From: Yuukianura sp. NJ FZ-2021
Lineage: Eukaryota
Assembly: GCA_046563655.1 (NCBI GenBank)
Contig: JAJCTO010000013.1
Coordinates: 372,001 to 436,000 of the forward strand
Direction: 5' to 3'
Length of the DNA: 64,000 bases
Below are positions 52,030-64,000 of this stretch, piece after piece. The notes beneath the pieces are model-generated. The model made no database searches, was not told the origin of the DNA, and saw only the letters and a list, made by a program, of their open reading frames with translations. Both the position numbers and the translations under genes were made by a program. How positions within the stretch are numbered: position 1 is the first letter of the stretch; each line of letters starts with the position of its first letter.

Positions 52030-55000
52030 AATGCTGAGTGTTCGATTTTAATTTAGAAAATGTAATAATGGGACTTCCCATGAAGTTCCATTGCCGTCTG
52101 AGTCATTGTGATTCATAGTGTCAAAATGAGTACTGGTTGGTATCTGGAGTGAGGGCGAACTTGCCAATTCACCGGCACTTCTCCTTTTTGCTCAAAGATG
52201 AAGGCTGACAACAAGTGGTTCACCTGTGTGTAATAGTCGTTGATGCACTACGACAAAGTGGACCGGTATTAAGATGCGTTCCATGAAGATGGTTATAAGC
52301 GATAACAAGGCATAAATTCCATTTTTCAGTATGTTTAAAACTTCGTTGTATAGTTCCCACATTAGTTTATACCAAAATGACAGTTAGATTTATGCACTTG
52401 TTGCATAGTGGCAGTTGGGCTAAAATATAATTCCAGATTACTGTTGAACACCAGTTATTCAGGTGTGCTTTATTGGAAGTGCAAGGTGGTAGTATGACAT
52501 AAAAAAGCATTTCCTAAAAATTTTAATCAAAATAACAAATAATGCGGAATGTTCGATTTTGATTTAGACAATGTAATAATGGGATTTCCCCTGAAGTTCC
52601 ATTGCCGTCTGAGTCATTGTGATTCATAGTGTCAAAATGAGTACTGGTTGGTATCTGTAGTGAGGACGAGCTTGTCATTTCACCGGCACTTCTCCTTTGT
52701 GCTCAAAGATGAAGGCTGACAACAAGTGGTTCACCGTGTGTAATAGTCGTTGATGCACTACGACAAAGTGGACCGGTATTAGATGCGTTCCATGAAGATG
52801 GTTAGAAGCGATAACAAGGCATAAATTCCATTTTTCAGTATGTTTAAAACTTCGTTGTATAGTTCCCACATTAGTTTATACCAAAATGACAGTTAGATTT
52901 ATGCACTTGTTGCATAGTGGAGTTGGGCTAAAATATAATTCCAGATTATTGTTGAACACCAGTTATTCAGGTGTGCTTTATTGGAAGTGCAAGGTGGTAG
53001 TGTCACATAAAAAAGCATTTCCTAAAAATTTTAATCAAAATAACAAATAATGCGGAATGTTCGATTTTGATTTAGAAAATGTAATGATGGTATTTCCCCC
53101 GAAGTTCCATTGCCGTCTGAGTCATTGTGATTCATAGTGTCAAAGTGAGTACTGGTTGGTATCTGTAGTGAGGGCGAGCTTGTCATTTCACCGGCACTTC
53201 TCCTTTTTGCTCAAAGATGAAGGCTGACAACAAGTGGTTCACCGTGTGTAATAGTCGTTGATGCACTACGACAAAGTGGACCGGTATTAGATGCGTTCCA
53301 TGAAGATGGTTAGAAGCGATAACAAGGCATAAATTCCATTTTTCAGTATGTTTAAAACTTCGTTGTATAGTTCCCACATTAGTTTATACCAAAATGACAG
53401 TTAGATTTATGCACTTGTTGCATAGTGGAGTTGGGCTAAAATATAATTCCAGATTATTGTTGAACACCAGTTATTCAGTTGTGCTTTATTGGAAGTGCAA
53501 GGTGGTAGTATGACATAAAAAATTATTTCCTAAAAATTCTAATCAAGATAACAAATAATGCGGAATGTTTCATTTTGATTTAGACAATGTAATAATGGGA
53601 TTTCCCCTGAAGTTCCATTGCCGTCTGAGTCATTGTGATTCATAGTGTCAAAATGAGTACTGGTTGGTATCTGTAGTGAGGAGAGCTTGTCATTTCACCG
53701 GCACTTCTCCTTTGTGCTCAAAGATGAAGGCTGACAACAAGTGGTTCACCGTGTGTAATAGTCGTTGATGCACTACGACAAAGTGGACCGGTATTAGATG
53801 CGTTCCATGAAGATGGTTAGAAGCGATATCAAGGCATAAATTCCATTTTTCAGTATGTTTAAAACTTCGTTGTATAGTTCCCACATTAGTTTATACCAAA
53901 ATGACAGTTAGATTTATGCACTTGTTGCATAGTGGAGTTGGGCTAAAATATAATTCCAGATTATTGTTGAACACCAGTTATTCAGGTGTGCTTTATTGGA
54001 AGTGCAGGGTGGTTGTACGACATAAAAAATTATTTCCTAAAAATTCTAATCAAGATAACAAATAATGCGGAATGTTTCATTTTGATTTAGACAATGTAAT
54101 AATGGGATTTCCCCTGAAGTTCCATTGCCGTCTGAGTCATTGTGATTCATAGTGTCAAAATGAGTACTGGTTGGTATCTGTAGTGAGGACGAGCTTGTCA
54201 TTTCACCGGCACTTCTCCTTTGTGCTCAAAGATGAAGGCTGACAACAAGTGGTTCACCGTGTGTAATAGTCGTTGATGCACTACGACAAAGTGGACCGGT
54301 ATTAGATGCGTTCCATGAAGATGGTTAGAAGCGATAATCAAGGCATAAATTCCATTTTTCAGTATGTTTAAAACTTCGTTGTATAGTTCCCACATTAGTT
54401 TATACCAAAATGACAGTTAGATTTATGCACTTGTTGCATAGTGGAGTTGGGCTAAAATATAATTCCAGATTATTGTTGAACACCAGTTATTCAGGTGTGC
54501 TTTATTGGAAGTGCAGGGTGGTTGTACGACATAAAAAATTATTTCCTAAAAATTCTAATCAAGATAACAAATAATGCGGAATGTTTCATTTTGATTTAGA
54601 CAATGTAATAATGGGATTTCCCCTGAAGTTCCATTGCCGTCTGAGTCATTGTGATTCATAGTGTCAAAATGAGTACTGGTTGGTATCTGTAGTGAGGACG
54701 AGCTTGTCATTTCACCGGCACTTCTCCTTTGTGCTCAAAGATGAAGGCTGACAACAAGTGGTTCACCGTGTGTAATAGTCGTTGATGCACTACGACAAAG
54801 TGGACCGGTATTAGATGCGTTCCATGAAGATGGTTAGAAGCGATAATCAAGGCATAAATTCCATTTTTCAGTATGTTTAAAACTTCGTTGTATAGTTCCC
54901 ACATTAGTTTATACCAAAATGACAGTTAGATTTATGCACTTGTTGCATAGTGGAGTTGGGCTAAAATATAATTCCAGATTATTGTTGAACACCAGTTATT

Positions 55001-58000
55001 CAGGTGTGCTTTATTGGAAGTGCAGGGTGGTTGTACGACATAAAAAATTATTTCCTAAAAATTCTAATCAAGATAACAAATAATGCGGAATGTTTCATTT
55101 TGATTTAGACAATGTAATAATGGGATTTCCCCTGAAGTTCCATTGCCGTCTGAGTCATTGTGATTCATAGTGTCAAAATGAGTACTGGTTGGTATCTGGA
55201 GTGAGGGCGAGCTTGCCATTTCACCGGCACTTATACGTTTTGCTCAAAGATGAAGGCTGATAACAAGTGGTACACTGCGTGTAATAGTCGTTGATGCACT
55301 ACGACAAAGTGGACCGGTATAAGATGCGTTCCATGAAGATGGTTATAAGCGATAACAAGGCATAAATTCCATTTTTCAGTATGTCTAAAACTTCGTTGTA
55401 TAGGTCGCACATTAGTTTATACCAAAATGACAGTTAGATTTATGCACTTGTTGCATAGTGGAGTTGGGCTAAAATATAATTCCATATTATTGTTGAACAC
55501 CAGTTATTCAGGTGTGCTTTATTGGAAGTGCAAGGTGGTTAGTATGACATAAAAAATTATTTCCTAAAAATTCTAATCAAGATAACAAATAATGCTGAGT
55601 GTTCGATTTTAATTTAGAAAATGTAATAATGGGACTTCCCATGAAGTTCCATTGCCGTCTGAGTCATTGTGATTCATAGTGTCAAAATGAGTACTGGTTG
55701 GTATCTGGAGTGAGGGCGAACTTGCCAATTCACCGGCACTTCTCCTTTTTGCTCAAAGATGAAGGCTGACAACAAGTGGTTCACTGTGTGTAATAGTCGT
55801 TGATGCACTACGACAAAGTGGACCGGTATAAGATGCGTTCCATGAAGATGGTTATAAGCGATAACAAGGCATAAATTCCATTTTTCAGTATGTTTAAAAC
55901 TTCGTTGTATAGTTCCCACATTAGTTTATACCAAAATGACAGTTAGATTTATGCACTTGTTGCATAGTGGAGTTGGGCTAAAATATAATTCCAGATTATT
56001 GTTGAACACCAGTTATTCAGGTGTGCTTTATTGGAAGTGCAAGGGTGGTTGTACGACATAAAAAATTATTTCCTAAAAATTCTACTCAAGATAACAAATA
56101 ATGCGGAATGTTCGATTTTGATTTAGACAATGTAATAATGGGATTTCCCCTGAAGTTCCATTGCCGTCTGAGTCATTGTGATTCATAGTGTCAAAATGAG
56201 TACTGGTTGGTATCTGTAGTGAGGACGAGCTTGTCATTTCACCGGCACTTCTCCTTTGTGCTCAAAGATGAAGGCTGACAACAAGTGGTTCACCGTGTGT
56301 AATAGTCGTTGATGCACTACGACAAAGTGGACCGGTATTAGATGCGTTCCATGAAGATGGTTAGAAGCGATAACAAGGCATAAATTCCAATTTTCAGTAT
56401 GTTTAAAACTTCGTTGTATAGTTCCCACATTAGTTTATACCAAAATGACAGTTAGATTTATGCACTTGTTGCATAGTGGAGTTGGGCTAAAATATAATTC
56501 CAGATTATTGTTGAACACCAGTTATTCAGGTGTGCTTTATTGGAAGTGCAAGGTGGTAGTATGACATAAAAAATTATTTCCTAAAAATTCTAATCAAGAT
56601 AACAAATAATGCGGAATGTTTCATTTTGATTTAGACAATGTAATAATGGGATTTCCCCTGAAGTTCCATTGCCGTCTGAGTCATTGTGATTCATAGTGTC
56701 AAAATGAGTACTGGTTGGTATCTGTAGTGAGGACGAGCTTGTCATTTCACCGGCACTTCTCCTTTGTGCTCAAAGATGAAGGCTGACAACAAGTGGTTCA
56801 CCGTGTGTAATAGTCGTTGATGCACTACGACAAAGTGGACCGGTATTAGATGCGTTCCATGAAGATGGTTAGAAGCGATAACAAGGCATAAATTCCATTT
56901 TTCAGTATGTTTAAAACTTCGTTGTATAGTTCCCACATTAGTTTATACCAAAATGACAGTTAGATTTATGCACTTGTTGCATAGTGGAGTTGGGCTAAAA
57001 TATAATTCCAGATTATTGTTGAACACCAGTTATTCAGTTGTGCTTTATTGGAAGTGCAAGGTGGTAGTATGACATAAAAAATTATTTCCTAAAAATTCTA
57101 ATCAAGATAACAAATAATGCGGAATGTTTCATTTTGATTTAGACAATGTAATAATGGGATTTCCCCTGAAGTTCCATTGCCGTCTGAGTCATTGTGATTC
57201 ATAGTGTCAAAATGAGTACTGGTTGGTATCTGTAGTGAGGACGAGCTTGTCATTTCACCGGCACTTCTCCTTTGTGCTCAAAGATGAAGGCTGACAACAA
57301 GTGGTTCACCGTGTGTAATAGTCGTTGATGCACTACGACAAAGTGGACCGGTATTAGATGCGTTCCATGAAGATGGTTAGAAGCGATAACAAGGCATAAA
57401 TTCCATTTTTCAGTATGTTTAAAACTTCGTTGTATAGTTCCCACATTAGTTTATACCAAAATGACAGTTAGATTTATGCACTTGTTGCATAGTGGAGTTG
57501 GGCTAAAATATAATTCCAGATTATTGTTGAACACCAGTTATTCAGGTGTGCTTTATTGGAAGTGCAGGGTGGTTGTACGACATAAAAAATTATTTCCTAA
57601 AAATTCTAATCAAGATAACAAATAATGCGGAATGTTTCATTTTGATTTAGACAATGTAATAATGGGATTTCCCCTGAAGTTCCATTGCCGTCTGAGTCAT
57701 TGTGATTCATAGTGTCAAAATGAGTACTGGTTGGTATCTGTAGTGAGGGCGAGCTTGTCATTTCACCGGCACTTCTCCTTTGTGCTCAAAGATGAAGGCT
57801 GACAACAAGTGGTTCACCGTGTGTAATAGTCGTTGATGCACTACGACAAAGTGGACCGGTATTAGATGCGTTCCATGAAGATGGTTAGAAGCGATAACAA
57901 GGCATAAATTCCATTTTTCAGTATGTTTAAAACTTCGTTGTATAGTTCCCACATTAGTTTATACCAAAATGACAGTTAGATTTATGCACTTGTTGCATAG

Positions 58001-61000
58001 TGGAGTTGGGCTAAAATATAATTCCAGATTATTGTTGAACACCAGTTATTCAGTTGTGCTTTATTGGAAGTGCAAGGTGGTAGTATGACATAAAAAATTA
58101 TTTCCTAAAAATTCTAATCAAGATAACAAATAATGCGGAATGTTTCATTTTGATTTAGACAATGTAATAATGGGATTTCCCCTGAAGTTCCATTGCCGTC
58201 TGAGTCATTGTGATTCATAGTGTCAAAATGAGTACTGGTTGGTATCTGTAGTGAGGACGAGCTTGTCATTTCACCGGCACTTCTCCTTTGTGCTCAAAGA
58301 TGAAGGCTGACAACAAGTGGTTCACCGTGTGTAATAGTCGTTGATGCACTACGACAAAGTGGACCGGTATTAGATGCGTTCCATGAAGATGGTTAGAAGC
58401 GATAACAAGGCATAAATTCCATTTTTCAGTATGTTTAAAACTTCGTTGTATAGTTCCCACATTAGTTTATACCAAAATGACAGTTAGATTTATGCACTTG
58501 TTGCATAGTGGAGTTGGGCTAAAATATAATTCCAGATTATTGTTGAACACCAGTTATTCAGGTGTGCTTTATTGGAAGTGCAAGGTGGTAGTACGACATA
58601 AAAAATTATTTCCTAAAAATTCTAATCAAGATAACAAATAATGCGGAATGTTTCATTTTGATTTAGACAATGTAATAATGGGATTTCCCCTGAAGTTCCA
58701 TTGCCGTCTGAGTCATTGTGATTCATAGTGTCAAAATGAGTACTGGTTGGTATCTGTAGTGAGGACGAGCTTGTCATTTCACCGGCACTTCTCCTTTGTG
58801 CTCAAAGATGAAGGCTGACAACAAGTGGTTCACCGTGTGTAATAGTCGTTGATGCACTACGACAAAGTGGACCGGTATTAGATGCGTTCCATGAAGATGG
58901 TTAGAAGCGATAACAAGGCATAAATTCCATTTTTCAGTATGTTTAAAACTTCGTTGTATAGTTCCCACATTAGTTTATACCAAAATGACAGTTAGATTTA
59001 TGCACTTGTTGCATAGTGGAGTTGGGCTAAAATATAATTCCAGATTATTGTTGAACACCAGTTATTCAGGTGTGCTTTATTGGAAGTGCAGGGTGGTTGT
59101 ACGACATAAAAAATTATTTCCTAAAAATTCTAATCAAGATAACAAATAATGCGGAATGTTTCATTTTGATTTAGACAATGTAATAATGGGATTTCCCCTG
59201 AAGTTCCATTGCCGTCTGAGTCATTGTGATTCATAGTGTCAAAATGAGTACTGGTTGGTATCTGTAGTGAGGACGAGCTTGTCATTTCACCGGCACTTCT
59301 CCTTTGTGCTCAAAGATGAAGGCTGACAACAAGTGGTTCACCGTGTGTAATAGTCGTTGATGCACTACGACAAAGTGGACCGGTATTAGATGCGTTCCAT
59401 GAAGATGGTTAGAAGCGATAACAAGGCATAAATTCCATTTTTCAGTATGTCTAAAACTTCGTTGTATAGTTCCCACATTAGTTTATACCAAAATGACAGT
59501 TAGATTTATGCACTTGTTGCATAGTGGAGTTGGGCTAAAATATAATTCCAGATTATTGTTGAACACCAGTTATTCAGGTGTGCTTTATTGGAAGTGCAAG
59601 GTGGTAGTATGACATAAAAAATTATTTCCTAAAAATTCTAATCAAGATAACAAATAATGCGGAATGTTTCATTTTGATTTAGACAATGTAATAATGGGAT
59701 TTCCCCTGAAGTTCCATTGCCGTCTGAGTCATTGTGATTCATAGTGTCAAAATGAGTACTGGTTGGTATCTGGAGTGAGGGCGAGCTTGCCATTTCACCG
59801 GCACTTCTCCTTTTTGCTCAAAGATGAAGGCTGACAACAAGTGGTTCACTGTGTGTAATAGTCGTTGATGCACTACGACAAAGTGGACCGGTATTAGATG
59901 CGTTCCATGAAGATGGTTATAAGCGATAACAAGGCATAAATTCCATTTTTCAGTATGTTTAAAACTTCGTTGTATAGTTCCCACATTAGTTTATACCAAA
60001 ATGACAGTTAGATTTATGCACTTGTTGCATAGTGGAGTTGGGCTAAAATATAATTCCAGATTATTGTTGAACACCAGTTATTCAGGTGTGCTTTATTGGA
60101 AGTGCAAGGTGGTAGTATGACATAAAAAATTATTTCCTAAAAATTTTAATCAAAATAACAAATAATGCGGAATGTTCGATTTTGATTTAGACAATGTAAT
60201 AATGGGATTCCCCCTGAAGTTCCATTGCCGTCTGAGTCATTGTGATTCATAGTGTCAAAATGAGTACTGGTTGGTATCTGTAGTGAGGACGAGCTTGTCA
60301 TTTCACCGGCACTTCTCCTTTGTGCTCAAAGATGAAGGCTGACAACAAGTGGTTCACCGTGTGTAATAGTCGTTGATGCACTACGACAAAGTGGACCGGT
60401 ATTAGATGCGTTCCATGAAGATGGTTAGAAGCGATAACAAGGCATAAATTCCATTTTTCAGTATGTTTAAAACTTCGTTGTATAGTTCCCACATTAGTTT
60501 ATACCAAAATGACAGTTAGATTTATGCACTTGTTGCATAGTGGAGTTGGGCTAAAATATAATTCCAGATTATTGTTGAACACCAGTTATTCAGGTGTGCT
60601 TTATTGGAAGTGCAAGGTGGTTGTACGACATAAAAAATTATTTCCTAAAAATTCTAATCAAGATAACAAATAATGCGGAATGTTTCATTTTGATTTAGAC
60701 AATGTAATAATGGGATTTCCCCTGAAGTTCCATTGCCGTCTGAGTCATTGTGATTCATAGTGTCAAAATGAGTACTGGTTGGTATCTGTAGTGAGGACGA
60801 GCTTGTCATTTCACCGGCACTTCTCCTTTGTGCTCAAAGATGAAGGCTGACAACAAGTGGTTCACCGTGTGTAATAGTCGTTGATGCACTACGACAAAGT
60901 GGACCGGTATTAGATGCGTTCCATGAAGATGGTTAGAAGCGATAACAAGGCATAAATTCCATTTTTCAGTATGTTTAAAACTTCGTTGTATAGTTCCCAC

Positions 61001-64000
61001 ATTAGTTTATACCAAAATGACAGTTAGATTTATGCACTTGTTGCATAGTGGAGTTGGGCTAAAATATAATTCCAGATTATTGTTGAACACCAGTTATTCA
61101 GTTGTGCTTTATTGGAAGTGCAAGGTGGTAGTATGACATAAAAAATTATTTCCTAAAAATTCTAATCAAGATAACAAATAATGCGGAATGTTTCATTTTG
61201 ATTTAGACAATGTAATAATGGGATTTCCCCTGAAGTTCCATTGCCGTCTGAGTCATTGTGATTCATAGTGTCAAAATGAGTACTGGTTGGTATCTGTAGT
61301 GAGGACGAGCTTGTCATTTCACCGGCACTTCTCCTTTGTGCTCAAAGATGAAGGCTGACAACAAGTGGTTCACCGTGTGTAATAGTCGTTGATGCACTAC
61401 GACAAAGTGGACCGGTATTAGATGCGTTCCATGAAGATGGTTAGAAGCGATAACAAGGCATAAATTCCATTTTTCAGTATGTTTAAAACTTCGTTGTATA
61501 GTTCCCACATTAGTTTATACCAAAATGACAGTTAGATTTATGCACTTGTTGCATAGTGGAGTTGGGCTAAAATATAATTCCAGATTATTGTTGAACACCA
61601 GTTATTCAGGTTGTGCTTTATTGGAAGTGCAAGGTGGTAGTATGACATAAAAAATTATTTCCTAAAAATTCTAATCAAGATAACAAATAATGCGGAATGT
61701 TTCATTTTGATTTAGACAATGTAATAATGGGATTTCCCCTGAAGTTCCATTGCCGTCTGAGTCATTGTGATTCATAGTGTCAAAATGAGTACTGGTTGGT
61801 ATCTGTAGTGAGGACGAGCTTGTCATTTCACCGGCACTTCTCCTTTGTGCTCAAAGATGAAGGCTGACAACAAGTGGTTCACCGTGTGTAATAGTCGTTG
61901 ATGCACTACGACAAAGTGGACCGGTATTAGATGCGTTCCATGAAGATGGTTAGAAGCGATAATCAAGGCATAAATTCCATTTTTCAGTATGTTTAAAACT
62001 TCGTTGTATAGTTCCCACATTAGTTTATACCAAAATGACAGTTAGATTTATGCACTTGTTGCATAGTGGAGTTGGGCTAAAATATAATTCCAGATTATTG
62101 TTGAACACCAGTTATTCAGGTGTGCTTTATTGGAAGTGCAGGGTGGTTGTACGACATAAAAAATTATTTCCTAAAAATTCTAATCAAGATAACAAATAAT
62201 GCGGAATGTTTCATTTTGATTTAGACAATGTAATAATGGGATTTCCCCTGAAGTTCCATTGCCGTCTGAGTCATTGTGATTCATAGTGTCAAAATGAGTA
62301 CTGGTTGGTATCTGTAGTGAGGACGAGCTTGTCATTTCACCGGCACTTCTCCTTTGTGCTCAAAGATGAAGGCTGACAACAAGTGGTTCACCGTGTGTAA
62401 TAGTCGTTGATGCACTACGACAAAGTGGACCGGTATTAGATGCGTTCCATGAAGATGGTTAGAAGCGATAACAAGGCATAAATTCCATTTTTCAGTATGT
62501 TTAAAACTTCGTTGTATAGTTCCCACATTAGTTTATACCAAAATGACAGTTAGATTTATGCACTTGTTGCATAGTGGAGTTGGGCTAAAATATAATTCCA
62601 GATTATTGTTGAACACCAGTTATTCAGGTGTGCTTTATTGGAAGTGCAGGGTGGTTGTACGACATAAAAAATTATTTCCTAAAAATTCTAATCAAGATAA
62701 CAAATAATGCGGAATGTTTCATTTTGATTTAGACAATGTAATAATGGGATTTCCCCTGAAGTTCCATTGCCGTCTGAGTCATTGTGATTCATAGTGTCAA
62801 AATGAGTACTGGTTGGTATCTGTAGTGAGGACGAGCTTGTCATTTCACCGGCACTTCTCCTTTGTGCTCAAAGATGAAGGCTGACAACAAGTGGTTCACC
62901 GTGTGTAATAGTCGTTGATGCACTACGACAAAGTGGACCGGTATTAGATGCGTTCCATGAAGATGGTTAGAAGCGATAACAAGGCATAAATTCCAATTTT
63001 CAGTATGTTTAAAACTTCGTTGTATAGTTCCCACATTAGTTTATACCAAAATGACAGTTAGATTTATGCACTTGTTGCATAGTGGAGTTGGGCTAAAATA
63101 TAATTCCAGATTATTGTTGAACACCAGTTATTCAGGTGTGCTTTATTGGAAGTGCAGGGTGGTTGTACGACATAAAAAATTATTTCCTAAAAATTCTAAT
63201 CAAGATAACAAATAATGCGGAATGTTTCATTTTGATTTAGACAATGTAATAATGGGATTTCCCCTGAAGTTCCATTGCCGTCTGAGTCATTGTGATTCAT
63301 AGTGTCAAAATGAGTACTGGTTGGTATCTGTAGTGAGGACGAGCTTGTCATTTCACCGGCACTTCTCCTTTGTGCTCAAAGATGAAGGCTGACAACAAGT
63401 GGTTTACCGTGTGTAATAGTCGTTGATGCACTACGACAAAGTGGACCGGTATTAGATGCGTTCCATGAAGATGGTTAGAAGCGATAACAAGGCATAAATT
63501 CCAATTTTTCAGTATGTTTAAAACTTCGTTGTATAGTTCCCACATTAGTTTATACCAAAATGACAGTTAGATTTATGCACTTGTTGCATAGTGGAGTTGG
63601 GCTAAAATATAATTCCAGATTATTGTTGAACACCAGTTATTCAGGTGTGCTTTATTGGAAGTGCAGGGTGGTTGTACGACATAAAAAATTATTTCCTAAA
63701 AATTCTAATCAAGATAACAAATAATGCGGAATGTTTCATTTTGATTTAGACAATGTAATAATGGGATTTCCCCTGAAGTTCCATTGCCGTCTGAGTCATT
63801 GTGATTCATAGTGTCAAAATGAGTACTGGTTGGTATCTGTAGTGAGGACGAGCTTGTCATTTCACCGGCACTTCTCCTTTGTGCTCAAAGATGAAGGCTG
63901 ACAACAAGTGGTTTCACCGTGTGTAATAGTCGTTGATGCACTACGACAAAGTGGACCGGTATTAGATGCGTTCCATGAAGATGGTTAGAAGCGATAACAA
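52030..64000. repeat. Satellite B tandem array (508-bp monomer), part 2, about 23.5 copies, running off the window end
   Basis: Same 508-bp unit (repeat-derived ORFs at 56234, 56742, 57250, 57758 and onward). More homogeneous than part 1 and dominated by a different set of variants. Confidence 0.99.

Noticed and set aside
45616..63545. Repeated 62-82 aa minus-strand ORF in nearly every satellite B monomer, resembling a tandem gene array
   Set aside because: It mostly begins at GTG, frameshifted versions are frequent, and visible variants often change amino acids. No recognisable protein family. Its recurrence simply reflects the repeat.

Overview
This window has no genes and consists almost entirely of satellite DNA, typical of eukaryotic heterochromatin or (peri)centromeric sequence; the organism cannot be identified from the sequence. 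Satellite A has a 239/242-bp monomer. It runs as about 135 copies over 1-32326, then, after a 100-N scaffold gap, as about 53 copies in the opposite orientation over 32427-45297. It abuts an unrelated 508-bp satellite B (about 35 copies, 45298-64000) with no spacer. The only non-satellite DNA is a 951-bp non-autonomous DNA transposon (MITE-like, 51079-52029) inserted in satellite B. It has 20-bp terminal inverted repeats (TIRs) with AG...CT ends and a 3-bp AAT target-site duplication (TSD), and carries its own 19-bp minisatellite rich in the TGACGTCA palindrome. A matching empty site with the same rare flanking variants lies about 3.5 kb downstream. All ORFs in the supplied track are judged to be non-coding artefacts of the repeats. 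Higher-order repeat blocks, a satellite subfamily switch and signs of collapsed assembly are also visible. All counts and comparisons were made by eye.
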